This document shows, piece by piece, positions 39,880 to 58,400 of a DNA stretch of 64,000 nucleotides. A model generated the notes under the pieces. The model did not search any database, was not told the DNA's origin, and was given only the letters and a program-made list of their open reading frames with translations. This stretch comes from Amoebidium appalachense. Taxonomy: Eukaryota > Protista > Ichthyosporea. The stretch covers positions 8,002,818 to 8,066,817 of the forward strand of contig CAVNZM010000008.1 in the NCBI GenBank assembly GCA_963693365.1, given 5' to 3'. Position 1 is the first letter of the stretch, and each line of letters opens with the position of its first letter. The position numbers were made by a program, and so were the translations under genes.

Positions 39880-42200
39880 CGATGTATATCTCTCAGTACA
39901 TAACCGCACACAAAAAGTGAAAAGGGCTAGCAGGGTGCCACGGATTGGGCTGCAGTACTGTAGCAAATAAAATTTGAGACGTTTCAAAAACCTCACTAAA
40001 AATATAATTGACTGTTGTAACCTCTTTAACTGCCTAGGGTCTCTCTCTCTCTATATAAAATGTAGCCACTCCAGCTCCCCACTGGGTCCCTTGGATACCC
40101 TTAAGATAGTTGAGGATTGTAAATATAACTATCCGAAATTCCGCAGGCACTCAGCTGTTGAGCTCCGAGAGCTGCGTGCTGTGCACAAAACTTACTCCTT
40201 TCATTTCTTTCATGTAGTTTTTTTCTTGCTTTCTTCTTTTTAGGAAAAAAGCTTCGTTTTCTTCCCTCCTTTCCCTGTTTTCAACTTTCTCTGAGTGTAG
40301 TTACTGTGGTATCTTTTTTTCCTGGGGTTAATCTAGCACGAAGAGCCCCTACATCCTAAACATAAGTAACTGATGTTCTATTCTTCTTCTTCGCAACTCC
40401 CTCCTTTTCGTTCATGCGCTGATGCTTACCGCAAGTTTATTTTTTATTTTCCTTTAGCCATTAACACAGCAACAAGCTGTGTAACCCTAATTATTATTTA
40501 CTCTGGGCTGAGGTGCTGTTATTCCAACTCTTGCCCCACTTTTCCCGCTTCCTTTATACTTTTCTATCCAATTTCCAGCACCTTGTTTTTCGTTACGCAT
40601 GTGCCCTGTTACACGTTCGGACCATACACATATACGCTGACTATGCCCTCGGTTATCGACAGTGTTTTCACCCCATGTAGTTCTGGTTTGAGGAACTGGA
40701 TCCACATCTTCTGGACCTAAGAATTTGACCGAATACGCAAAACGGAACTGTCGCACAAAAGCAGCAGCGAAATAATGGCAAAGCACAGGCGTGTGTTCAA
40801 GTGTTACCCCGACGTGTAGACAAAAAATGGCACCGTAAATGTTGAACCTCATCAGTGCTCTTGTTTGGAAATTCCAAAAGCAGGTGATATATGCTGCTAT
40901 GGTTCCCGATTCCTACTTGGGAAACACCAAGTTAAAAGTGCTTTCTTTGTTTACCGACCTTTTTAGCATTCATACCTCTGCGAGTGAGCTGAAAAGAGAA
41001 GCCTGCCTTCGTGGCTTTTATTTTTTCATGTCTGCAAGCACAAGGTTGAAGTTTTTCAGCAGCAACCGTGGTCAACATGTCTACCACGGCTACGGACGAG
41101 AAGGGAAACCGGCAGACAGCCACACACACCACCTCACCCATGAGTAGAATCAGAGCATCTGCAAAGGCTCTTGGAAGGTAAGCTTTTGCTCTGTGTGGTG
41201 TTTTGAAAGGCAAGAGCATGTGGGCTGTTGTTCCTGGCTGGGAAGGTTGTGACTTTGACTGCTTTAGCGGAGAGGGCGGTTGTCGTCAGGCTTTGCTGTA
41301 GGCTGGCCGGCCCAGCAAAAGTTTCAGAAAGCTGGGTCCTGAATCAAGGTGGAGCTTGTCAGGGGGAAGACCTCGTTTTGATGGGGCTTGGTGTGTTTGG
41401 CGTTCTAAAAACTAGACAACAGGCAAGTGGAATATAGGTGACTACTGATAGGTGGCCAAAATCAAAACTTGTAGTTAGGTGCTGCTCACAAAAGAAGGCG
41501 GCCTGTTGGAAAGCGCCGTAGTGTGTTGTTAGTGGGTTGAGTTCTAGTTGTGTGATGTGGTGTTTGTATGGAGACCAAATCTGCTCTGGCTGTTTCAGCT
41601 TGAGGCTTGTTAGACTTCAATCCCAAAACCTGGCAGACCTGTACCAAGGTGTCGGAACCAACGGTTCGGGTAGGGAAGTCCGGGCGGGCGGTTGGTGCCG
41701 TTTGGGACATACTATGGATGTTTTTTTCAGGCGGTCTTTTCATTATAGTTTGGACAAGCTTTTTCAATTCGCCTTTGATAACATCTGGTTCGATTAGGTT
41801 TCCATGCCGCCCTTCTGACACTATATAACCACGCAGGTTTTCGGTGACTTTCGTCCGGGAGAAACGCAGCGACAAGCAAGATTCAGCGAGTAGTGTGGTG
41901 TCTCTGGACTCGGTAGCCAGTGCAACGGCACCAGAATCTTTTTTTCGGAAAAGGGAAAACCGTAACGAAAGAATCCAAACCTAGCATTGGCTTTGGAAAT
42001 GCAAAGCCTGCTCCGAGTGAACAGGTGGGTGTGTTTTTGTGCCCGTGTTGTTGGCTTGTCGGTACTAGCTTGCTGGACGCTACCTGGGTACTTGGTCCTC
42101 TACTTAAGCAATTACATGTTTGGGTGTGCTCCTCGTCCTTGTGCATCTCGTTTGGGCTAAATTCTTTGCCTGTTTACCGGGCTGAGGAAACGGTTTTCGA
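39880..42200 (-). mobile_element. Possible highly decayed non-LTR retroelement remnant
   Basis: Microsatellite-free stretch with broken minus-strand ORFs. It has a partial zinc-knuckle-like 'GHSQRIC' (~40630-40650), followed by weak APE-endonuclease-like words 'GAGVATFYI' and 'YCSP'. Confidence 0.25.
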
Positions 42201-42491
42201 GGGTACTTTTTGACTCTTGGCTGTTATGTTCTTGCGCTATAACGCACATTTGCAAAACCGCAGTTTGCTATTTGCTAGTCTGTCAAAGGACACATAGGAA
42301 ATGGTGCACCCCTTGATGATTTGCAGGCTGCTACAAGCAGGTATTATTTTTGGGGGGCAGACACGCATATTGGCACACACCCATGTTATAGTTATTTGCT
42401 TTGCAGCCATGTGCTCCTAAGAAAAACCAGGGCTTTCTGGTGCACTGGGAAAAGTGTTTTTTACGCTAATGCATGGCGTGTCGATTTGCAG

Positions 42492-43333
42492 GCTCAATCA
42501 AGCAGCAGCAACAAGCAAGATGCTGGGCCATTCATGTCGCTCGAGGTGCCCAGTGGCCCACAAGCTCTCAGAAAGGGCGATTCGGTAGGTCTTTTTATCT
42601 GTTGTTTCTGATGTCTACCTCTTTATAATGTTTGTTTTTTTTCGTTTTTAGTCGTCTTCTGACCGTTGCTCCTTCTCTGTTCCCCTCCTCTCCTTCTGCC
42701 TCCCTCCCCCCCTCCCCCTCCCCCCCTCCTCCCAACACACACCGACCCCCATCCCCACCCACACACCCTATAACACATGCCCCGAAACAGTATCTGAGTT
42801 GGGTTTCGTTAACGAGGGGAATAGGTCGAAACTCGGGTACTGTGGATGACGTGGGCCCCCCCTGAGGATGGGCTCTGCTTATTATGCATACTCTTTATGT
42901 ATGGCTTGCATTCTGCATCGTGTTATCCGTTTGTTCTTGTGTACTTCGTACTTTTTGACGCATTCAAAACCCCCCCCCCCCCCCCCCCCCCGGCCCCCGG
43001 CCCCCAACCCCCAACCCACCCCACTCCACCCCAGCACGTGCACACACATGCACACAGCCTCTTACACACACATGCAAAAACAAACACAACACACACACAC
43101 ACACACACGTCCCCCTCCTGCAGCCTCTTTTCCCGATGTGTGCATACCTTTGGCCCTACATGTTTTTTTGCTCTTCTTCGGAATTCTCCCCTACCGTCAC
43201 CTGGCAGTTTCCGAACCTCTGCTTCCTTTCCTGCCCATTCCTTCCCATTCTCACGCCCTTCTGTTCCCTCAACCTCTCTCTCTCCAACCCCCTTCCCCCC
43301 CCTCCCCCCCCCCCCCCCCCCCCCCCTCCCACC

Positions 43334-43365
<32 letters not shown>

Positions 43366-43846
43366 TACACACACCACTCTGCCCCCCTTCTCCCCACCAA
43401 CCCCACCCCACCCCACCCCACACGATCACACCCCACCCTGCCCAACCCTGCCCCACCACCCCCTCCCTCCTCTTTCCCCCGTTCTCGGCCGCTCTCCCTC
43501 TCTTTCCCTCCTCTTTCTCCCCCCCAACCGTCCCGTTTCCTACCACCCCTATTTTCTTCACTTTTCAGGTCAAAAGCGAAACAGCAATTGGCCCGGGGTC
43601 CAGTCTGGGAGTTGAGGGGTGCAGTGGGGAACTTGCCCTGAGGAGAACACGCAGTGCTGGGGAATACGGGCAGCCACCGCCTATAATGGGTTTCCGTCCT
43701 GGGAACATGGTTCGAAAGGTGTGTGGGGTTTTTTTCCTTTTTTTTTGTTGGGTTGGGGGGGGCGGGGGGGGTTGGTGTGTGTGTGTGGGGGGGGGGGGGG
43801 GGGGGGGGAGAGAGGTTGGTGTCTTGAGGGGGGGGGGAGGGGGGAA

Positions 43847-43879
<33 letters not shown>

Positions 43880-44136
43880 CTGCATGGGTCGGTGGGTCGG
43901 TGGGTGTGATGGTGTGGGTGGGTGGGTGCATCGGTGTGTGTGTGTGTGTGTGTGTGCGGGCGCCCGCAGAAGAAGTGGGCAGGAGGATGCAGGGGAGGTG
44001 CACGGCAAAGTGTGCTCATGGGTGCACGTGTGTGTGTGTATGTGGGGGGGGGGGGGGGGGCACATACGATTTTTTGGCTATAACGTTTGGTGTGCGTATT
44101 GGCCTTTTAATGGTAACACACGCACACACACACACA

Positions 44137-44170
<34 letters not shown>

Positions 44171-45938
44171 GAGGAGAGAGGGGGGGGGGGGGGGGGGGGT
44201 TTCACCGTGTTAGCAGGCAATACAGTGTCATAGCGAGATTCTGCCGTCGTGCTTCAGTCTCGACACGTTAAATTTTATGTGCATAGTTATATCTCAGCTC
44301 ACAAAGTATTCCGCTTGTCTTCTCTCCCCTTTCCAGGTGAGCTGGGACCCCGACCTAGACTCACGCAAAACTGCCGAATCGTTCAGCGACTTTCTTGAAA
44401 CCGCGCGTAAAAACTCTGCCAAACAGAACAAGAAATACAGGGGGTCGGGCATGGGGAAGTGTCGCCGTCCGAGCATACAGGCAAACGAGAGGTTTGACCG
44501 CTTCTACAGTAGCGACAGCGTGCTAATTTTTTCCTCATCGACAAACGCGCGAAATCCGGGAAACGAAACATCAGCGGTGGTGGTGCCGCGAAGAGGAAAC
44601 TCGGCTCCGAGCACGAGCGCGGGCGGGGGCGGGGACGAAAACGGAGATTTGGACGACACGCGGTGGGATTTCGAAGCCGTTGGGTTTGCGACCGTTTCCG
44701 CACCAAATCTTGGTATGATGAGGGGGACGGAGGGTATGTCTGTGCGCGCGTTTTCGCTGCTTTCCAAAGCCGCCAACGGAACGAAAACGACAACAGTGTT
44801 CGCCACGGAGCGAAGCGAAGACGTTGCGCGCGAGATTGTGCAGGAAACGCGATTGGACGGGATGAGCCCCGTTTTGTATTCCGCCGCCGCCGGCAAATCG
44901 AACGCGGGTGCTGTTGAATCGGACATGAACACATCTCCGTCTCATTCCTCCCCTAACGGACGCTTGGGCGAAACTGTAAATGGACTACAAGAGCACGCAT
45001 GCGAATCACAAACACAACCCGCGACGGGCGATAACGTAAGTCAATCTTCGTTGATTTCGAACCCTGCGCAATCGCAGAGCCTCATATCGCCACCCGTTAC
45101 AAATGTCAATGTCGCGCAAACTGATTCACCGCCGATAAAGTCGCTACGGCCGCGAAGATTAAGCAGCATTCCACCTTCAAGTATTTCAGATATTGTTGTG
45201 ACCCCGCCGCCGGCACCACCATCGGCAACTTCTGTGTCATCACGTCGCGCGGGACGGTTCGTAGTTAAAGCAACCCCCGGGGAACACTACTCTAGCAGCG
45301 CGCCTACCAGCCCCGTGCAAGTCAGCCCTCCAGGGCGAGATTTCTTTAATTATGGCCCCGTCTCCAGCCCGCTCGTGCCTGCGACGACTCCCGTGGTTGT
45401 GTGTGTGACGGACAACTCCGGTAGGGTGGTCTCCTCCCAGAGGTTCGCGCATTCCACAAATTCCACACATTCCACGGGTATCCTATCCCCGATCCTCTCC
45501 GCCGGAATGGGCGAACTCGAACTCTACTCGAGCGCGCCGAGCACGCCGGCCCGTGCGGAACAACAACATCCGGAAAACGGAGCACTTTCCGGGATTATTA
45601 CTACTACTACTACGACGCCGCCGAACCCTTCAGGGTTAAAACTACCGTGCGCCGACCCGGCGTTTCTCCGGAGTCTGAGCTCCGGCTCCGAGGAGAGCAA
45701 TTCGAGTTTCTTGCAGTCTCCCGGGCAGAGAATCGACGATCGCGAGATTGCCGAATCGGCAGGGCACACCCCGCCGCCGTCGCGGCTCGCGGGGAGATTT
45801 CGGGTGGCGGAGGTTACGGGCGCGGCCACAGGCACGGAGCCGTCGTCACCTTCGTTGGTGGCTGGGAGGGACCTTTTTGGCGCCGGCGGTGGCGACGGTG
45901 GTGGTGGGGGAAGTTTGCGCAGGTCTTTTGATGATTAG
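42492..45938 (+). CDS. Ser/Pro-rich intrinsically disordered protein with an RVxW motif and two RFxV motifs; start uncertain
   Basis: Phase-0 GT-AG exons 42492-42584, 43569-43718 and 44337-45938; the terminal exon is a long open non-repetitive frame. Confidence 0.75.
42784..42969 (+). mobile_element. Poly(C)-associated SINE-like repeat, 5'-truncated copy
   Basis: Reverse complement of the copies in NUP93 introns; ends gcattcaaaa followed by poly-C. Confidence 0.8.
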
Positions 45939-46435
45939 TAGGAGGTTAGAGTTAAAAAGGGTCCGTATTCAGTAGGTATGTGGGATTCCCTCCCTCTTCC
46001 CTCCCCCCCCCCTCCCCCCCCCCCCCCCCCCCCCCAACCCCTCTCCTAGTCCTTTCAATCCCACCACATCACTCCTCCCCCTCCCTCTCTACACACACAC
46101 AAACACACACAGGTGTTCCCCTGCCCGAGCTCCGTTCCCTTGCACATGTATTCACACGTTTTGACAGTTTAGCTAACAGACGAATACACACAGAGACACG
46201 GACACATAGATACCTGCGCACACGTGTGCACAGGGTCGCTCACACTACACATGTTCTTTGGTGTCTCTTTTTCATCCACACGCACACACTCTCTCTCGCT
46301 CTCCCTCTCTATTTCTCTCTCTTGATCCCCTCTGTCCCCCCCTTTCCTCCCTCCCTCCCTCCCTCCCTCCCTCCCTCCCTCCCTCTTCCTCTTCCTTCAT
46401 TTCCACCCCACCCCTCTCACTTGCTCTCTGCCCCC

Positions 46436-46579
46436 TCGAAACTCGGGTACTGTGGATGACGTGGGCCCCCCCTGAGGATGGGCTCTGCTTATTATGCATA
46501 CTCTTTATGTATGGCTTGCATTCTGCATCGTGTTATCCGTTTGTTCTTGTGTACTTCGTACTTTTTGACGCATTCAAAA
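46436..46579 (+). mobile_element. Poly(C)-associated SINE-like repeat, shorter 5'-truncated copy
   Basis: Identical by eye to 42826-42969 over ~140 bp. Confidence 0.8.
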
Positions 46580-46664
46580 CCCCCCCCCCCCACCCCCCAC
46601 ACGCGCCCACCTACCATCTCTTCCTGCCCATCGCATCCCACCTCTCCTGTCTCCTTACTACCCT

Positions 46665-46709
<45 letters not shown>

Positions 46710-46801
46710 ACCTTCCGGAGCCTCATCCGGCTTCCATGCACTGTTACATGCATGAAAGCCCTCCAACCCAAACCCCCCTCCCCTCCCCTCCCTCCCATAC
46801 G

Positions 46802-46880
<79 letters not shown>

Positions 46881-46972
46881 ACACATGCACATACACGATG
46901 AGAGATTGAGAGAGAGGAGAGAGACAGAGGAAGAGAGAGGGACAGGGAGAGCAAGGGGGGAGGGGGGGGAGG

Positions 46973-47049
<77 letters not shown>

Positions 47050-47123
47050 GCTGGCAGCCCCCCCCCTCACACACAAACACACACGCACACACAGACACAC
47101 ACACGCACACACGTACACACACA

Positions 47124-47158
<35 letters not shown>

Positions 47159-47939
47159 GTACACACACACACACGCAAACTTACGGCCTGCACCCGTTCA
47201 CGCGCAGGTATTGCGCAAGTAATGACTCTGAACGACAACATGACTCTGCGCCGATGCAAATCCCTGTCGACCCAGCAACGGTTTGTTGGTGAGTTGAAGT
47301 TTCCCCGTGGGTAAAATTGTGAAAAATGACTTCACCTGTTCAAAAACTTCGGACTGGATGCAGACCTCCGGTTAATCCCGACGCAACCATATAGAGAATT
47401 ATGAAATCTCGCGAGATATGTTCAGTTTTTTTGTCATATGAAGGACCCATTTCTAACAACAGCGACAGTTTACCCCTTGGGTTAGATGCGCACCATGGAA
47501 TTTGCTTACTTCCGTGGCATTGTATGATTGTGCACGCGTCTGTGGCTTCTTTAAGGGGAGAATATGAGCTTTTAGAGCAGAGTGGTAAGGTTAATCAATG
47601 GAAACACAGGCTGCCTTTTCTTTTGGGGCCTTTCCCTCTTTGCATTTTTTTTTACCAACTGACCCACCCCAGGCATTAATAGCTGTCTTGTTGTCTGTGA
47701 ATTTTTTTTCTTTTCCTTTCTTTCTTTCTTTCTTTCTTTTTTTTTTTTTTTTTTTTTGTTGGGGGGGGGGGGGGGGGGGGGGGGTTCCTCAGTGTGTGTA
47801 GGTGCCTGTTGTTGGTTTTATGTTTATAACGCTACTGCTTGGGGATGGTAAATTGTTATGGGTAGACCGAACATGACTATGCACGTGTGTGTGTGCATGT
47901 GCATGTGTGGCGGGACGGGTGGAGCACCCGCAGAAGAAA

Positions 47940-47981
<42 letters not shown>

Positions 47982-48062
47982 CTGGATATCATTGTAGGCA
48001 GGGAGTGTGCTCCTGGGCCTTTTGTAGAGAGACAATAATTCCGGGCAACTCGGCTTGAACAC

Positions 48063-48103
<41 letters not shown>

Positions 48104-49832
48104 CTGCCCCAGAAGTCATGCTTCTGTGTGTGTGTCATGTTTTTATCCTTGTATCTTTTTTATTGACCGGTTTGCTTAGAATGCCTGCCTTTGGGCCTCA
48201 ACTTCAAGTTAGGCCAACACGGCTAAAAATAGAACTTCCATGCTGAAATTAATGTATTGTTTGCTATTTTGGGACGTTGTCTGCTAACTATACGTATGTG
48301 CTCTTGACTGTAGGACTCAGCCTGGCTCTTGAGTCGCTGGATTCAGTCTTAAAACCACTTTTGTAATGTTGCTGTATTTGGGTACTGTAATTAGACAATT
48401 AACTATAAATACACTTACTATCCACATTGTCACGCCTTAAATTTTGCAGCGCCTCGACCCCTGGAACCACCCCATCCCCCCCCCCAAACACACACACGTG
48501 TGCACACACAGGCACAGACACACACACCACCCATGGCCACCCGTTTCCCCTCACACACACATGCGCACAACCACACGCGCACACATGCTTACTCACACAC
48601 ACACACACTCACTCACGTGCAACTCAGACTCGAGATCTCTCGCACACAAACAGTCGCACTCAAACGTGGGTGCATGTTGTCAGGCACATGTACAGTACCT
48701 GAGAGTAACTTATTCAGAATGCAAAGACACACGTGTTCACAGTCACACACGTGCACACAAACACTTTCACTCACATACACATGCACAAATTTAACACTCG
48801 CTTTTAAAAACCCAAAACGGTACACGTGCATGTACACGACCATACAACCCTAGTCTCCAAGGCTATGTACCCGCTGGCTTATACGTAAGTGGCCGGGCCC
48901 GGCCTTACTACGCTGCGGGACGCCTATGAGCAACTTTAAAAAATTAAAAAAAAAAAAAAATTAAAAAAAAAAAAAAGGGAGAAAAAAGAAAAGAAAAAAA
49001 CAAAGAAGAGGCCGCAGGGAGACAACACTCAGAGTGACTAATACAACCCCGGAATAGATCCTTTGGATTTGATTATGGATTTTTCGCTCCGGAGTCTCAG
49101 TGAATGCGCGTAATTAGACTTGCCCCCCCCCCCCCCCCCTCCCCCCCCAAAAAAAAAAAAAAAAAAAAGATGCTGTAGCTTGCCTGATGATAGGCTCCAC
49201 ACGTACAGGTACATATTAGACTTGCCATTTCTCGCGTGCACGTGTCCACCCCCACCCCCACCCCCCCACCACCTCCCCCGGCGGCCTGGGGGTCCCGTGC
49301 TTCCCAGGGCCTAATGCACGTCGTGCACGTGCCACTTAATAAAGCTTGTGTGTGGTGAGAAGGTGGGGCAATATGGGACATAACATCTCAAACTACCACA
49401 TGGGATGTCTTTTTGGTCACATCTGATCTTTAAAGAGCTAGAATTCGCCGGTTTCATGACCACGATTCAGTTGCAACGTACAGCGAAACTTCGGCTTACT
49501 AATTTAAACTTTGAATTATTGACCTTTGATCAGGAAGTGACATGCAATGGCTCGGGGGACCTGGAAACCATCTGAGAGTGGGGGAGAGAAACGGAAGGGG
49601 GCGGGGGAAAGCAGGAGGGAGGGGGGGGGGGGGGGGGGGGGGGGAGGGGGAGGGGAGAGGGGGGGGGGGGGTATGGGATGTGTTCGCTACATGTACAGGG
49701 TATGCAGCAAAGGTCATTTTGACGACGACAAAAGTAACAGATTAAAATACAGATTCTGCCGAGTATTGTGAACACAAGGAACTGTCTATCGCGATGCATC
49801 AGAGCAAAGGTGACCTCAGAGAGAGAGAGAGC

Positions 49833-49863
<31 letters not shown>

Positions 49864-49877
49864 TGTGATTTTTTTTT

Positions 49878-49908
<31 letters not shown>

Positions 49909-50059
49909 GAGGGGGAGGGGGGGGGGGGGGGAGGATGTAGAAAGCCTTATTCACAACGGACAACATAATGCAGATTGAAAAGTGTCGCACACCCATCATC
50001 CATTTCCAGAGTCGGGGGAGGGGGCCGGGATGGGGGGGTGGGTGGCCATGGGTGGGTGA

Positions 50060-50103
<44 letters not shown>

Positions 50104-50286
50104 CTAGAACGTTACACGTTGAACTGTAGGAAGAACACAATCGCCACGGACAATTGCAACACTGTCAGACTTTGAAAAGTGAAAACACACACAGACATAT
50201 CTAATTGCAGGCAATCGCAGAGTATGTATCCGGCAAGGGGCGGAGGATGTGTGTGTGTGTGTGTGTGTGTGTGTGGTGGTGGTGGT

Positions 50287-50322
<36 letters not shown>

Positions 50323-50772
50323 GTGCTTGTGATCATGATAGTGGTGGTGGTGGCGGCGGTGGCGGTGGAAGGGTGTGGAGGGGAGGGGGGAGGGAGAGAG
50401 GGGGAATGCAGCAAAGTGTTTTTTCACACCTGTTTTATTGGTCGTGGGTAAGTCTCCTGGGCTTCAAATACCTCAAATGATGCAGCACGTAAATCTCACT
50501 GACAAGCCAAATTAGAACGGTCATAGTTACCGTATTGCCTTTAGCTCTGCTAATTTGATGTCGTATTGACATGCTTAGAGGTATAACATGACGGTGAACG
50601 TTAAGCTTATCGTGACAAATTAAAGTAGCCTCATTCCGAACCAGTATTGCATGCAAACTTTAGAAAAAACAAACAGACATAGGTCTTACGTGGTGTGGGT
50701 GACTTTCGGTGGAAGTGTTAAATTGACATCTATGCAACTGTGATTAATTCGTCATATTGTGCGGGAAAAGGG

Positions 50773-50864
<92 letters not shown>

Positions 50865-51179
50865 CGTACGTGCCAGTGTGAACGAATATGTTCGAAGATT
50901 CATAGATCATAGTGTGCTATTGTATTACGTTTGTGGAACGGCAAACTGCCGTGGAAACTTAATTATGTTTATGAAATATATCTTCTTGTTTATCTCAGTT
51001 GCAACAACATCATCAACTAAGCACATACACGACATACACCTACACCTACACCTACACCTATGCCTACACGTACACACAGCACACATCACACCACACACAC
51101 ACACACACTCACCCACCCACCCACCCACCACCCACCCACCCACCCACACCTACACCTCCGTACTGAAACATGACTTAGT

Positions 51180-55338
<4,159 letters not shown>

Positions 55339-55404
55339 TGCGCTGAATAATCCATCGGCGTGACAGTGTGTGTACGTGTCTATGTGCGTGTCTGTGGGGT
55401 GGAG

Positions 55405-55445
<41 letters not shown>

Positions 55446-58400
55446 CGCATGCGTGCGTGGTGGTGGCGAGAAGGGTACGAAGGCTGGGGGGGGGGGGGGG
55501 GGGAGAAGGGGGGGGGGGGGGGGGGGGGTTGGAGGAGTTGCCAAAATGGAATAGTTGTGGGGACCGGTGGAGAGGTGGGTTAGTAAGTAAACTAAGCTAG
55601 ATTTGTTGTGGGTAGGAAGTTGTGTACCGTGTGTTTGCATGTTGCATATGTGTAGTGTAGTGTGCGAGCGTGCGTGCACATGTGTGGGTTTAGTTCTGCT
55701 CGCTTTGCCAAACGGTTGTGTTGGGAGAGAAGGAGATGATGCCAGGCATGCCGTAACATCGTGCTTGTGTGTGCACGTGCGCACCTCCGTATGTCTGCGT
55801 CGTGGTGTGTGGATGTGTGCGCATCGGGCGAGATTTGTGTATATACATGTGTGTGTGTGTGTGTGTGTGCGTGTGTGTGGTGTGTGGATGTGTTTGTGTT
55901 TGTGGGTGTGGGTGTGTGTGTACCACACAGCTTTGCTGATGCTGTTGTACCAGTTTGTGAATTTCCAAAGCACTCTGCCACTTTGTGTACTTGGGTGCCC
56001 GGCTTCTGACTGTCTGTGTGCATGCATGCTTGTTCCGGATATGGGCCAAGGTTCATGTGAGCATGAGCAAGTTGATGTCACTCTTGTGCATGCGCATGTG
56101 CCACTTCGTGTGCATATATTATAGCATGCACGTGCATGCACGTGCGTGTGTTGTGTGTGTGTGTGTATGTGTGTGTGTGTGTGTGTGTGTGCATGCGTGT
56201 GTCTGGTGTGTGTCTAATATAATCTGTGCGTGCGCGTGCATGTGCACACACGTGCGTACTCTGCTGAAAATAATTTGATGTGAGTTGTGTATCTTCCCAA
56301 CCACACGCGCACCACCAACTCTTTCATACTTCTTACCTGCGGTGTTTGCCACATCGACAATCGGTGCTTAGGGTTTACCAACGATCACGCTCTTACCCTA
56401 GAGGGAACCCAGTGTACTGCGGGGTATGTTCAGAAGGGTGTGTATATAAAGGATATCGCCCAATGTTTTCGTGCGTTTATCTGTGCAGATTTACGTGTTG
56501 TGCTCCGGCCTAAGAATATTTCAGGATTGCGTGAACTAGACTCGAGCGTGTGTGCTCGATTGTGCTCATGTGTATGTGTAGGCGTGTTGTGGGCTTTCGT
56601 GTGTGTGTGTTCCGATGTATCTCTGGGTGTTTATTGATAGCTAACTGCCACAGCGGGACAGCTTTTGGAAATAAAAAACATAAAACGAAAAACGAAAGCA
56701 CCGTTTCGTGTGCCTCTATGGGTTACCCAGAACGTGCTGCTGCTCTGGCTGTGAAACCAGCCCTACGTGTGAAGCTAAAGCACTAGCGTATTGATTTGAG
56801 GTCCTCACTGACTCCTCAGTTCAACACACACAAAAAGCGCAGATTCTAAACACTTGTAAAAAAAAGGCGACTTCGATTAGTGTGGTGTGCCTTGGCAACC
56901 GATTTATGCAAGTAACCAAGCACCAAAATGCGAGTGGTAAGGGCAAATTCGACAGGTTGCTGCCTTTATACCTGGAGGATCTATTTGCAAAAAGTCGATG
57001 GCTGATTGGTTTTTTCTCTTACCCATTGGAATTGTTACGGCAATATTCGCAGTTAGATGATTGGTCTAAAGTGCATCACGATAGGGCGCTACCCAGCAAG
57101 CTTACATCGGCCCCGAGACTCTCCATTGATATGAATATCTGATTTGGAAGCGATTTGCAAATTGTCAAACAACCGAAACAGAGAAATATTACGACGTTTT
57201 TGTGTTCAATGCCCACCCTAAAGCTATAGATACATTATGTTTATAGATAGTAGACAAAAAAATACGAATAAGTGTGGTATATACCTTTTGAATACACGCT
57301 TTGCAATATTTCCCTACAAGCAATTTGAAGGGGGTTCTATTTGCTGGATGGAGCAATAGTATCAAACGGTATGTTTATGCCGCAGCTTCCGCATCAACCA
57401 GAAAAACTCGAGCCTCCACCGTCTACAGGGTATGAATAGCACATTAAAATCTTGTATAATTATTTAAATAGTTTAGGGCCATAAGAAGTTGAAACAAGCC
57501 CTGCTGTATAGATAGCTGAAAGCTATTGCAAAGTGTTGCGAACCTTATCACCATACTGCCGCCGACGGACTAGCCGCCAGCGTGACCTGGGCAAGGAGAA
57601 CTAACGTCTGAGGGGAACAGATCGCAAAGTGCGAATGCTATTGTTGATTGGTTAAATACCAAGGGTTCCTCTACGATTGACTTAAGCATAAGCCAATCAA
57701 AAGTAAAGCTATTTAGAAAATCTGAAAAAAAATTCCACTATCTTCCCAGACTCCCAGTGACTCAAAGATTCCCTGCTACTTTCCAGTGATCGCCTCAGAG
57801 TCACCTTTGCATGCAGATTTAGTTTCGCTGTGCTGAGCTACACTGATCATCATTCCAAAGCATCTTACGGCAAACAAAATAAACAAAATAAGAGAAACAC
57901 TCCCCATGACACCATATTCATTCATATTCACCCTCTATATATTAGTGCACCATCCTATCAATGGATATGTTCGGCGTTGGGAACCGCCATCTGCGCAGCC
58001 AGATTCCCCAGATCTAATGTATGCGTGACGGCGTGCGGCCCACGTGCGGACGGCCATGCCGTCGGGGTTGGCAGCGCCCACCCTAGAAAGATCCCAAACT
58101 TACAACCGTCATACAAAAAATCACCCATAAAAGCCCGAAACTTACATACACCTTTGTATTGATATACTGTATTATAGTAGTAATGGTCCGACGCTGGGAC
58201 TTGACCCGACCGTCCGCCCCGGCAACGTGAGGGTTCACCCCAACTTTACAGTTCGATGCAATCGCGCCTTTTTATTGGTCATATCTTGCGCGGGGTTTCC
58301 CGGGAACTCACGGCCCGTGTTTTGTGTGGCGTCAGATGGTCTGAGATGGCCCAGAGATTTCAAAAGGACCGTTCTAATCGACATTCCCTGGCAAAAAGCC

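Noticed and set aside
42800-42845. 7SL/SRP RNA or C/D snoRNA identity for the repeat
   Set aside because: Only short word similarity; there is no helix-8 motif, Alu domain or properly placed C/D boxes.
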